Shown in pieces: positions 1-11,840 of a stretch of 43,411 bases of DNA; positions within the stretch are counted from its first letter, which is position 1, and every line of letters begins with the position of its first letter. Made by a program: the position numbers and the translations under genes. The notes under the pieces are model-generated. The model was not told where the DNA came from, ran no database searches, and saw only the letters and a list, made by a program, of their open reading frames with translations. Source of the stretch: Octopus sinensis (lineage: Eukaryota); NCBI RefSeq assembly GCF_006345805.1, contig NW_021834990.1:1-43411 (forward strand), given 5' to 3'.

Positions 1-330
1 GGGCAAGTGTCTTCTGATGTAGCCTCGGGCCGACCAAAGCCTTGTGAGTGGATTTGGTAGATGGAAACTGAAAGAAGCCCGTCATATATATGAAAGAAGC
101 CCGTCGTATATATGTATATATATATATGTGTGTGCGTGTGTTTGTCCCACTAGCACTGCTTGACTACCGATGCTGGTGTGTTTATGTCCCCGTCACTTAG
201 CGGTTCGGCAAAAGTGACCGAGAGAATAAGTACTGGGCTTAAAAAGAATAAGTCCCGTGGTCGAGTTGCTCGATTAAAGGCGGTGCTCCAGCATGGCCGC
301 AGTCAAATGACAGAAACAAGTAAAAGAGTA
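1..330 (+). mobile_element. SINE family A (tRNA-derived, CORE-like, bipartite), 5' end cut by window edge
   Basis: GGGCAAGTGTCTTC core motif, internal (TA)/(TG) tract, right arm ending GACAGAAACAAGTAAAAGAGTA; matches many other copies in the window. Confidence 0.9.
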
Positions 331-355
331 TATATATATATATATATATATATAT

Positions 356-505
356 GACAGACTTCTTTCATTTTCTGTCCAGCAAATCCACTAACAAGGC
401 CCTAGTCTATAGTAGAAGGCACTTGCCCAAGATGCCACTCACTTGGGTTGAACTCGAAACCATGTGATTGGGAGCAAACCCGTTACCACATAGCTACGCC
501 TGCGC
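356..505 (-). mobile_element. SINE family A, diverged left arm only
   Basis: Reverse complement of the GCGCAGG..TGGTAA..CTTGGGCAAGTG head. Confidence 0.75.
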
Positions 506-559
506 TTATATATAAGCCTGTGTGTGTATATACATTGTGCATGTAATATATATAATATA

Positions 560-590
<31 letters not shown>

Positions 591-697
591 TATACATAAT
601 ATATATATATATTATATATATATATATATGTATATATATATGTATATATATATATGTATATATATATATATGTATATATATATATGTATATATATAT

Positions 698-748
<51 letters not shown>

Positions 749-790
749 ATATATATATGCGTGTACATTTATACACATTGAACATATACA
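500..790. repeat. (TA)n microsatellite
   Basis: Direct reading; source of the IY-repeat pseudo-ORFs. Confidence 0.97.
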
Positions 791-1373
791 CACACACCGA
801 ACTTGCATGCAGTCACTCACAAAGCTTTGCTTGGTTGAAGAAACCGCTAAGGCGAATCTTAATATATTTTAAGTCAACTCGAAATTAGTAATACTTTTTT
901 TCCTTTGCTACTAAATGCATAAATTCCCACTGTTAATATATATTTTGTTGCTTTCTACAAAATGAGCAAATGTACGAAACACCGTAACACACAACACGTC
1001 TACACTCACAAACATATGTAGATTTATAGTTACGCACAGTATCGAGTATATCAGAAAATCTATTTTGGAAGTATACATACTACAGTTCTAAAACATTTTG
1101 CTGTGGAACTTTAGAAAGTCTAAACACATATTTGTTTTGTACACCAGGAAATATAGGAGTACGCCCTGAAGTGTTTCACTGATCGTCGACCATACATCAG
1201 AGAACAAATAACCAATCTTACACCAACCTACGAAGAGATCCTTTGGCAAATAGTTCTTTATATGAAACTGCCAATAGTTGAGCTATAATGATTTAGTGAA
1301 TTTGTACACCGGACATATTTCACCGACGTGATTAAATAATATATATGTGTGTGTATAAATACATTTATATATA

Positions 1374-1757
1374 GGAGGCGCAATGGCCCAGTGGTTAGGG
1401 CAGCGGACTCGCGGTCATAGGATCGCGGTTTCGATTCCCAGAACGGGCGTTGTGAGTGTTTATTGAGCGAAAACACCTAAAGCTCCACGAGGCTCCGGCA
1501 GGGATGGTGGTGATCCCTGCTGTACTCGTTCACCACAACTTTCTCTCATTCTTACTTCCTGTTTCTGTTGTACCTGTATTTCAAAGGGCCGGCCCTGTCA
1601 CTCTCTGTGTCACGCTGAATATCCCTGAGAACTACGTTAAGGGTACACGTGTCTGTGGAGTGCTCATCCACTTACACGTTAATTTCACGAGCAGGCTGTT
1701 CCGTTGATCGGATCAACCGGAACCCTCGTCGTCGTAACCGACGGAGTGCTTCCATCC
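1374..1757 (+). mobile_element. SINE family B, full length, tRNA(Arg)-like head
   Basis: A box TGGCCCAGTGG, anticodon-like GACTCGCGGTC (TCG), B box GGTTTCGATTCC; TSD ACATTTATATATA/ACATTTATACATA; near-identical copies at 9426 and 25048. Confidence 0.92.
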
Positions 1758-2252
1758 ACATTTATACATACATACATACACACACATACATACATACATA
1801 AATACATACATACACACACACATACATACATAATCTGTAAAACTTTTCAGAAGTTTATCATTCAAGTTATATTACTAGACTACCCGTGACCCGTTGGATC
1901 ACCTGGAAAGTCTGAGTTTCCCAGCAAAGGAGTTTTGTTTCGTGGGGCTTCTTTTCTGCTCTAGGTTATTTAGCATGCTTTCAAAATCACGCGTATACGG
2001 CTTCTTTCTTCAGAAAAGGAAAGATATGGCTGCAATTTCTTGCACGCCCTGCTACCACGTAACAGGCATTTCGGGTCCTTTATAGCAAATAGCTAGAAAT
2101 AGCAGCCAAATCTTTGAAGCTGAGATACGTTGAATGCACGCGAAATAGTTTTTGCAATGGTATTCCCTTGGGGCGATCTTTCGCTTTGACTCTGAGAACG
2201 GTCATCCGGATCAGCTGGTTTTTGTTCGTTAAGTTGCATAAAAAATTGTATT

Positions 2253-2472
2253 TACTCTTACTCTCTTTTACTTGTTTCAGTCATTTGACTGCGGACATGC
2301 TGGAGCACCGCCTTTAGTCGAGCAAATCGACCCCGCGACTTATTCTTTGTAAGCTCAGTACATATTCTATCGGTCTCCTTTTGCTGAACCGCTAGGTGAT
2401 GGGGACGTGAACACACCAGCATCGGTTGTCAAGCAATACTAGGGGGACAAACACAGACACACAAACACATAC

Positions 2473-2550
<78 letters not shown>

Positions 2551-2713
2551 CATATATACGACAGGCTTCTTTCAGTTTCCGTCTACCAAATTCACATTGG
2601 TCGGCCCGGGGCTATAGCAGAAGACACTTACCCAAGATGCCACGCAGTGGGACTGAACCCGGAACCATGTGGTTGGTTAGTAAGCTACTTACCACACAGC
2701 CACTCCTGCGCCT
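2253..2713 (-). mobile_element. SINE family A, full length
   Basis: Head AGGCGCAGGAGTGGCTGTGTGGTAAG on minus strand, internal (TA)n, (AAAGAGTA)-type tail. Confidence 0.93.
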
Positions 2714-2952
2714 ATTTATTTACTTTTGTTTTAAAATGAAAGAGAGAAGAAAGTGAAAGATGTATGAATGTGTATATGAAATGGACATGTGTGTGTGAGA
2801 GAGACAGACAGCGCCACTTACAGATACATGAGAACAAACGCGTTCACTCAATCTCTCTCACACACGCACGCACACATGCACACATGTATACAAAAAATGT
2901 ACGCATATGTATTGATGTATGTACGTACACATGACAACACACCTTTCACTCA

Positions 2953-2987
<35 letters not shown>

Positions 2988-3786
2988 CTCTCTCTTTCAC
3001 ACCTACATGTCCATTTCATGTACACCTACGTACATCTTTCACTTTCTCCTCTCACTTTAAAATAAAATTGAATAAATAAAAAAAAATTACGGAAATTATC
3101 AAACTCCGGATGACAAGCGAAAGATCGCCATTCATTTGAAAATCATTTTAAAAAACATTAAAATATTATTTGTTTAAAGAAAGCTAAAATATAAATACTT
3201 ACTGTACAAACAACTTACATTTTTGAAATTACATTCAGTTAAGTATATTTCTAAATGATCAAAATATTGTGTACGTCAAAAAGTCGACGTGTTTTTTCTT
3301 TCTTAGAACGCGAAGACTATGTGTGTGTATATGTCACAGATTGCGGGCGTGTGTTTGTGTTGATTGACATGCCATGACATTTCTTATATGTGTGTGTATT
3401 CTGTTTGTGTGTATGTGTTGACGTCACGGAAGCCATGTTTATTTTTCATCAAGAAATAACAAACAAAAATTATGTTTAATCGTTTTCATTAATAGAGGTC
3501 CAGGTACCACAAAAATTTGTACTGCACTGCCGAGGGTAAGTATGAAAATAAATATGCAAAAATAAGAAATTACGATAAAATATACTATTTCTGAGATATT
3601 TCGGGTACACATAAACATCACTAGTGTTTTAGTATTATTGAGATGAGCGTGTTTAGACAAGGCATGAGAATACGTACATAAAACAAAAGATATAAAACTG
3701 CACACATACGTACAAAATACTCTGTTGATGTTGTAGAAATGTCAATGATAGCGCTTTAGATCTAAGAACCCGGCTCTTTCTCTATT

Positions 3787-4199
3787 TACTCTTTTACTCT
3801 TTTACTTGTTTCAGTCATTTGACTGCGGCCATGCTGGAGCACTGCCTTTAGTCGAGCAAATCGACCCCGGGACTTATTCTTTTTGTAAGCCCAGTACTTA
3901 TTCTATCGGTCTCTTTTTGCCGAACCGCTAAGTGACGGGGACGTAAACACACCAGCATCGGTTGTCAAGCAATGCTATGGGGACAAACACAGACACACAA
4001 ACACACACACACATATATATATATATACATATATACGACAGGCTTCTTTCAGTTTCCGTCTACCAAATCCACTCACAAGGCATTGGTCGGCCCGGGGCTA
4101 TAGCAGAAGACACTTGCCCAAGATGCCACGCAGTGGGACTGACCCCGGAACCATGTGGTTGGTTAGCAAGCTACTTACCACACAGCCACTCCTGCACCT
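3787..4199 (-). mobile_element. SINE family A, full length
   Basis: Same structure as 2253-2713. Confidence 0.93.
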
Positions 4200-4257
4200 A
4201 TTGGCAAGAAATCTTGAAATAAAATTGAATAATGACATACATATACTTATAAATATA

Positions 4258-4285
4258 TATGTCTATCTATCTATCTATCTATCTG

Positions 4286-4355
<70 letters not shown>

Positions 4356-4545
4356 AATCAATCTATCTATCTATCTGTCTGTCTGTCAATTTGTATGTCT
4401 GTTTATCTATCTAAGTTTCTATCTGTTTATCTATCGATCGATCGATCTGTATGTGGGTGCGTGTGGATTGAAGGATGGATTGAAGGATGGATGGATGGAC
4501 GGATGGATGGATGGATGATGGATGGATGGCTAGATGGATGGATGT
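4258..4545. repeat. (TCTA)n followed by (GATG)n tetranucleotide tracts
   Basis: Direct reading. Confidence 0.95.
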
Positions 4546-4639
4546 GTGTATGTGAGGTCACTGGTGAGGTCTCTCATGAATGCCACCGGTAACATGGCGT
4601 GCAGTAAAACCTGTTGCAACTAAACCAGCACCCTGGTGA

Positions 4640-4820
4640 GGAGGGTTCTTGCTGTGTTTACGTCGCCGTAACGTGTAAATGTTCGGCAAAAGTGACCCAT
4701 AGAATAAGTACTAGGCTTATAAAGAGTAAGTCCTGGGGTCAATTCCTTCAACTAAAACCCCCTCAAAGTGGTGCTTCAGTATGGCTGCGGTCAAATGACT
4801 GAAGCAAGTAAGAGAATAAT
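4640..4820 (+). mobile_element. SINE family A, diverged right arm
   Basis: GTGTTTACGTCGCCGTAAC..TTCGGCAAAAG..AAGTACTAGGCTT..GTCAAATGACTGAAGCAAGTAAG. Confidence 0.75.
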
Positions 4821-4834
4821 AGGGTAAAAGAGCC

Positions 4835-5075
4835 ACAGTAACAACCAACAACATCAACAACATGGAGCAGCGTAACAACAAAGACGGTCACATGATTAGC
4901 AACGCTTGTCACCACAACTACGCAACAAGAACAACACAACATCTGCTATAATTATAACAATAACAACAACAACGGCATCAACAACAATGGTGACAACAAC
5001 AACAACAACAACAACGCCATCAGTAGCAGCCACAGCAACACTAACAGCAACTAACCACTCCAACGCCAACAACAA
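4835..5075. repeat. Degenerate (CAA)n-rich tract
   Basis: Direct reading. Confidence 0.85.
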
Positions 5076-5157
5076 CCTTGTAGACTATAGATATGGTATA
5101 CACACCCACATACAGATCGATCGATCGATCGATAGATAGACAGACAGAGAGACAGAT

Positions 5158-5615
5158 ATGCAGGCGAAACGTGGCTCGGCGCTACCACAACCGGATGCCG
5201 CCATCGATACAGCCATTCGTCAGGCGGTTATTCGTCGAACGTTCCAGCCAACGCCAATTCAACACCCCCGTCTGAAGGAAGTCTTCACGAAGAAGCCAGA
5301 TGAAAGAACCGAAGCAGCCATCTCGAGGGCAGACTTCACAGACATGATACGCTTCCGTAGTGGTGGTCATCATCCGGCACTCAGGCGGTGGAAAAAGATG
5401 GCAGGACGCAGCGACACAGAACAATGCAGACTCTGTAACGAGAGGTGGAATCTGCAGAACATCTATGGCTGAGATGTCCAACCCTGATGGTGGTATGCTA
5501 TATCCGCCAACTAGGGGCTACAATGGATGAGATGATTCGTCTCCCTTCCACGGCTCTAGTGCTCCTGAGAGTTATCCTCAAGTGCTTGAGGTAACCAACA
5601 ACAACAACAACAGCA
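5158..5615 (+). mobile_element. 5'-truncated I-group LINE 3' end (Ingi/Nimb-like), frameshifted, (CAA)n tail
   Basis: ORF 5158-5472 ends RFRSGGHHPALRRW..CRLCNE and continues in another frame as ESAEHLWLRCP..LLRVILKCLR*, giving a CCHC knuckle (CRLC..HLWLRC); stop is followed directly by (CAA)n. Clade assignment is from recall. Confidence 0.7.
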
Positions 5616-5751
5616 ACATTGCTGCGTACTGGGGTCGATCTAATTGACTGGCCCCCACTCCCGAAAAATTTCGGGAGAAAGAAAGAATACAAAAGAAACA
5701 ACGCTTGTAGCCACAACGACGCAACGACAACAACATCAGCAACAACAACAA

Positions 5752-5786
<35 letters not shown>

Positions 5787-5984
5787 CCAATAACAACTGT
5801 GACTTCTACAACGATACCACAACAAAAGCAGTAGATATTTTAGTACAATTTACAATCAAACTCTAATTCATAGTAAACCGATTTTATAAGAAAAAATTTC
5901 TCGTTAATGTCTGATGTTGTTTAAATGGAGTTTGGAAATTCTCAGTGAACTTTTTATTCGTCTTTTTGTTATTATTGTTGTTTT

Positions 5985-6105
5985 TAATATTGTTATTGTT
6001 AATCTTGTTGATATTGTTAATGTTGTTGTCGTTGTTGTTGTTGTTGTTCTTCTTCTTCTTCTTCTTCTTCTTATTATTATTATTATTATTATTACCATTA
6101 TTATT

Positions 6106-6173
<68 letters not shown>

Positions 6174-6348
6174 CATTATCATCATCATCATCATCATCGG
6201 TATTATTATTATTATATTATTATTATTATTATTATCATTATCATCATCATCATCATCATCATCATTATTATTATTATTATTATTATTATCATCATCATCA
6301 TCATCATCATCATCATTATTATTATTATTATTATCATTATCATCATCA

Positions 6349-6385
<37 letters not shown>

Positions 6386-6426
6386 CATTATCATCATCAT
6401 CATCATCATCATTATTATTATTATTA

Positions 6427-6460
<34 letters not shown>

Positions 6461-6525
6461 CATCATCATCATCATTATTATTATTATTATTATTATTGTT
6501 ATTATTACTATTATTATTATTATTA
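5985..6525. repeat. Compound trinucleotide microsatellite (GTT/CTT/ATT/ATC)n
   Basis: Direct reading; source of the 211-274 aa homopolymer pseudo-ORFs. Confidence 0.97.
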
Positions 6526-7238
6526 CAATGGTTCAACATTTGGTGGTTTCAGGCAAATTTCTACTGCATTGCCCACTACACTTCTGTGTTGCTGGGCTGT
6601 GTATGCGTTCTTGTGTGTTCTTTTTTGTTGGTGGAGAGTGCAAACTATTCCCAGTATTGTATTGCATCAGATTCTTTTGTTATAGAGCCTGGTACAATCA
6701 TTTATTGCATTAGTGTTTGTATTGTGCGTTGTGTGTGAAATGCATTCGATACCCAGCCTGCTGGTGGTTGTTTATTTCATTGGATATTTGCTATATAGAG
6801 TGTCTTGTGTTTGTGGATTATTTTGGGATTGTATTATTGAATTAATATTGTCTTGCGTGGGATGTGGGCTGTTCCTAGCAGGGCAATTTTTTAGACAGTG
6901 TGTAGTATCGAGGCTCCAGGTATAGCTTCTACGTTTTCGCTCATATGATATTTATCATGTCCAGTACTCCAGTTATTACTGGTATAGTTTTCACCTTTAT
7001 GCCCCAAATCTTAAATTCGATTTCGAGGTCTTTGTGCTTTGAAAATTTCTCCACTTCATTTTGTACAATATTTTGGTTCGAAGGGACTGCAATGCCTATC
7101 AGTAAGCAGGTGTCTTTTCTTTCCAATCCTTGATTATTATGTCTGGATGATTAGCTTTTATTTCTTTGTCAGTTTGAACAGATGTATACCAGATGGTTGT
7201 GGCCTGGTCGCAGCCATGTACCCTATTTGGCTCATGTT

Positions 7239-7668
7239 GGATCTTTTCGGTTTGAACGGCAGTTTTTTCTAGCGGTGTCATATGAAATTGTCACCCATAA
7301 TTATGACCCTAGTATCGATTTATTGCATTTCAATCTCTTTTAGGGTTAGGGTTAGTTAGGGTTAGGGTTAGGGATGGGGAGAAGGGTATCTGTTTTTCTT
7401 CACAAATGTAAATAAACCCATCTGTTTCTTAAACGAGGGACATATTCATACGGCACAGAATGTTTTTTACCTCAAATACGTCAGTGATTGGTTGAAATTG
7501 CAGAAATTGAAGAAAAAAACAACAAATATCTTACAAACCATAGAATTTTCTCAATAAAGCCAAGAGAAAAAGATGTTTTATAAACACATTCTACCAGCAT
7601 AGGAAGTTTAAAACTTTTTAGTTACCTAGAAATTATGTTAAAAACTGCCGTTCAAACCGAAAAGATCC
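7239..7668. mobile_element. MITE / non-autonomous DNA transposon, possibly Merlin-like
   Basis: Perfect 29 bp TIRs GGATCTTTTCGGTTTGAACGGCAGTTTTT (7239-7267 / 7640-7668); 8 bp TSD CTCATGTT/CTCATATT; interrupts the LINE coding sequence. Confidence 0.9.
7340..7373 (+). repeat. Interstitial telomeric-type repeat, (TTAGGG)x5 plus one partial unit
   Basis: TTAGGG TTAGGG TTAG TTAGGG TTAGGG TTAGGG inside the MITE. Confidence 0.9.
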
Positions 7669-7958
7669 CTCATATTCATACCATTTATTGTCGGTTTTTA
7701 TGTTGTAGTGTTGGCATATTGTTCAGTGTATATAACTACTCCCTTGGTCGTGTCTGTATATATATTCAGAATCGGCAAGGACTGGATAACCAGAGATTAT
7801 GTAGTCACTTGTTTCATTGTGCTGGTTTCACATTCTGCATTTCGTGTTCGGGCCTGAATTCATTATTTTGCTTTTATGGTTGTTTGTAGTCATGCATTGG
7901 TCTTGTGCAGCGAGAATAAGTCCATCCCTTTCAGCTTTTAGTCCAGATATTTTGAACC

Positions 7959-8386
7959 TTTACTCTTACTCTTTCTCTTTTACTTGTTTCAGTCATTTGA
8001 CTGCGGCCATGCTGGAGCACCGCCTTTTAATCGAGCAAATCGACCCCGGGACTTATTCTTTTGTAAGCCCAGTACTTATTCTATCGGTCTCTTTTGCCGA
8101 ACCGCTAAGTAACGGGGACATAAACACACCAGCATCGGTTGTCAAGCAATGCTAGGGGGACAAACACAGATACACAACAACACACACACGATATATATAT
8201 ACTATATATATATACATATATACGACGGGCTTCTTTCAGTTTCCGTCTACCAAATCCACTCACAAGGCTTTGGTCGGCCCGGGGCTATAGTAGAAGACAC
8301 TAACCCAAGGTGCCACACAGTGGGACTGAACCCGGAACCATGTGGTTGGTTAGCAAGCTACTTACCACACAGCCACTCCTGCGCCT
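7959..8386 (-). mobile_element. SINE family A, full length, inserted in the R4/Dong LINE
   Basis: Same structure as other copies; LINE sequence continues on both sides. Confidence 0.92.
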
Positions 8387-8909
8387 TTGTTGAGCTTTGA
8401 TTAGGCTCAGTTCCTCTCTTGCATGGTATTGGACATGGAGTGATTTTTCTCTCCATTTCTTCTTTAGTATGTTTCGTAGTTCCATTTTCATATTTTTTTT
8501 GTCTCTTTGGCCATTTCTGCTATGCTGTCAACTGAGGCCAGTATGTCAGTGTAGTTTGTTTCTACTTTGCATTTTGTTGTGTAGAGAGAAAAGTGTTTTC
8601 TTTTTCTCGTGTTGCTTCCACATTTTGTTCTAAGTATTTCACTACTCCAACTGTTGTTATTTTATAGTCGTTCTCTCTGTGTGTCAGGCCACGGGGCCAC
8701 CTTCTGAGCGGAGTAGATTCTGTCTGCGTCTGATTTGAGATGGCGATTTCAGTAAACTGTTAATAGTTTTCTGATTTTCCTAATTTTCTCAATTCACTGA
8801 TCTTCCACTTTATTATGTTGATGCTGTAATTACTGATTGGTATGGCTAGCCTGTTCAACACTATTATCTTATTTTTAGCATTGAGTTCAGCGTTTAATAC
8901 TGGTCTAAT

Positions 8910-8928
8910 ATCATCATCATCATCATCA

Positions 8929-8975
<47 letters not shown>

Positions 8976-8988
8976 GTCATTATTATTG

Positions 8989-9023
<35 letters not shown>
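8910..9023. repeat. (ATC)n(ATT)n microsatellite
   Basis: Direct reading. Confidence 0.97.
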
Positions 9024-9964
9024 GAATGAGCGAGCAGTGCATGCCATCAAAGTGACACCAGGCTAAAATATACGAAGCCCAGTATACACACCATGACAAC
9101 GCGTACGTTAAGGGTACACCAGGCACATGCATCGCAACCGTATTTGCGCGACATGGTGACGTTGTATCAAGATACACAGTGCATGACCTTGCAGGCTGGG
9201 CCCAGTTAGAATTTTCTTTAGGCCGAATAGCCCATCCCGCTCTAAAGATCCATGTATAAATGCTGTTTAAGGATAATGAGCGAAACACCCATGTGTCCAG
9301 AGGTGAATTGTTCAAGCCCCAAAGAACCAATCTCAAAACATGGCTATGATGCCCCCCCACCCACTACTCTTGTTCTTGATCAGAGACGCACGTGTCATCA
9401 GTCACTAAGATACATGCACAAGTGGAGGCGCAATGGCCCAGTGGTTAGGGCAGCGGACTCGCGGTCATAGGATCGTGGTTTCGATTCCCAGAACGGGCGT
9501 TGTGAGTGTTTATTGAGCGAAAACACCTGAAGCTCCACGAGGCTCCGGCAGGGGATGGTGGTGATCCCTGCTGTACTCTTTCACCAGAACTTTCTCTCAC
9601 TCTTACTTCCTGTTTCTGTTGTACCTGTATTTCAAAGGGCCGGCCTTGTCACTCTCTGTATCACGCTGAATATCCCCGAGAACTACGTTAAGGGTACACG
9701 TGTGTGTGGAGTGCTCAGCCACTTACACGTTAATATCACGAGCAGGCTGTTCCGTTGATTCGGTTCAACCGGAACCCTCGTCGTCGTAACCGACGGAGTG
9801 CTTCCACTCCACATGCACGAGTGGCAACTGACAAGCAAATCTGCGCAATTGAGCAGAATATTCGCTATAGCACATCTTTTGCAGCAAGGCGTAATATGTA
9901 CCTGATAACACTACCAATCCCTTAAGATCAGAAGCCATGAGATCCACTGCTTGGTGATCTGTAC
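9024..9964 (-). mobile_element. TAA-associated non-coding element (~550 bp), near full length, interrupted by SINE B
   Basis: Homologous to copies at 19913-22388 and 33727; 3' end ..GCACTGCTCGCTCATTC followed by (AAT)n on the minus strand. Confidence 0.85.
9426..9810 (+). mobile_element. SINE family B, full length
   Basis: tRNA-like head; 14 bp TSD ACATGCACAAGTGG/ACATGCACGAGTGG. Confidence 0.93.
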
Positions 9965-10014
9965 TTATTATTATTGGGCACTATTATTATCTTATTATTA
10001 TTGTGCGTCAATGC

Positions 10015-10421
10015 ACTCTTTACTCTCTTTTTACTCTTTTACTTGTTTCAGTAATTTGACTGCGGCCATGCTGGAGCAAATCGACCCCGGGACTTATTCT
10101 TCGTAAGCCCAGTACTTATTCTATCGGTTCTCTTTTGCCGAACCACTAAGTGACAGGGACATAAACACACCAGCATCGGTTGTCAAGCAATGCTAGGGGG
10201 ACAAACACAGACACACAAACACACACACATACACACACATATATATATATACATATATACGACAGGCTTCTTTCAGTTTCCGTCTACCAAATCCACTCAC
10301 AAGGCTTTGGTCGGCCCGGGGCTATAGCAGAAGACACTTGCCCAAGATGCCACGCAGTGGGACTGAACCCGGAACCATGTGTTTGGTTAGCAAGCTACTT
10401 ACCACACAGCCACTCCTGCGC
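10015..10421 (-). mobile_element. SINE family A, full length
   Basis: Same structure; CACTATT..TCTTATTATTA is duplicated on both sides. Confidence 0.92.
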
Positions 10422-10443
10422 ACTATTCTTCTTATTATTATTT

Positions 10444-11104
10444 GATGAAAACTCTCAGTTTATTTTGCTGAGTATGATGGAAAGTGTCAGCTGTCCGAAG
10501 CCACCAGACTAAGGTGACACTTGTTTACTGGTCCTGCTTCATGAACCCTGCCAAGAATTCTTGCAGTTCCAAGCAATGTTAATTTTTGTACATTTACATT
10601 TGTATTAATCTTTCTGAGCCGTGTTGGCAATACTGATACTTTAAAATGCACCAATTACTCTTGGTGTGACGTCTACTTTCCTCATTGACCACAACCTTCG
10701 CATTTCCCACTTCAAATCGTCGTATTTGTTCAGTTTTTCTTCTTGTTTCTCTTTTAGCCTGTTGTTACCGGGATATGCTGTATCAGTTATCATGCAAGTT
10801 CTGTTATTTTTCTATCTACCACAACAATATTCGGTTTCCGATGTCTGGTCAGAGGATAGCACTGAATCATTGCATCCCACAGAATTTTACAATTTTCACT
10901 TTCGTCGACTCCTCCTCAGGTTTTCTCATACCACGCCTTTGCTCTTTTTGGGATCTGATTTCCAGAGTTTCCAATGGATCATTCTGGCTACATTGTCATG
11001 TCGTCTTTTGTAGTCCTGTTGAGCAAGGGTCCGTGCAGGGTCAATATTTTTTTTGTCTGTATATCCATATTCATCAGTTCTTTTTTTGCCATTTTAGGAT
11101 TCCT
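10444..11104 (-). mobile_element. Second R4/Dong-type RLE LINE fragment (different subfamily, internally deleted)
   Basis: Minus-strand ENCKILWDAMIQC..RHRKPNIVVVDRK and KLTLLGTARILGRVHEA; 3' end followed by (TAA)n, 5' end abuts (TAA)n. Confidence 0.8.
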
Positions 11105-11590
<486 letters not shown>

Positions 11591-11660
11591 ATTATTATTA
11601 TTGTTTTTGTTGTTGTTGTTGTTATTAATTATTATTATTGTTATTATTATCATTATTATT

Positions 11661-11838
11661 AAGGCGGTGAGCTGGCAGAATTGTTTGAACGATGGACCAA
11701 ATGCTTTGCGATATTTCGCCTGTCTCTACGTTCTGAGTTCAAACTCTTCCGAAGTCGATTTTGCCTTTCATCCATTCGGGTTGGATAAAATAAGTACCAG
11801 TTGAACACTGGGGTCGATGTAATCGACTTATCCCCTCC
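11661..11838 (+). mobile_element. SINE family C
   Basis: AAGGCGGTGAGCTGGCAGAA..GAGTTCAAA..GCCTTTCATCC..AAGTACCAGTT..GGGGTCGAT. Confidence 0.85.
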
Positions 11839-11840
11839 TG

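Larger units (their letters stand above)
6526..8909 (-). mobile_element. Decayed R4/Dong-clade (RLE) non-LTR retrotransposon, 5'-truncated, with nested MITE and SINE
   Basis: Minus-strand peptides IRPVLNAELNAKNKII..RLAIP (end of RT), WFKISGLKAERDGLILAAQDQ..KCRM*NQHNETSDYIISG (CCHC region) and TDKEIKANHPDIII..LLIGIAVP..EKFSKHKDLEIE (PD-(D/E)xK nuclease); (TAA)n on both sides. Confidence 0.85.

Noticed and set aside
1157-1288. 43-codon open stretch EYALKCFTDRRPYIREQ.. after an AG
   Set aside because: No recognisable homology or donor site, and this length is compatible with chance.
1374-1450. tRNA-Arg(TCG)-like sequence, also at 9426 and 25430
   Set aside because: It is a SINE head: it runs into a 300 bp body with TSDs and has no complete cloverleaf or Pol III terminator.
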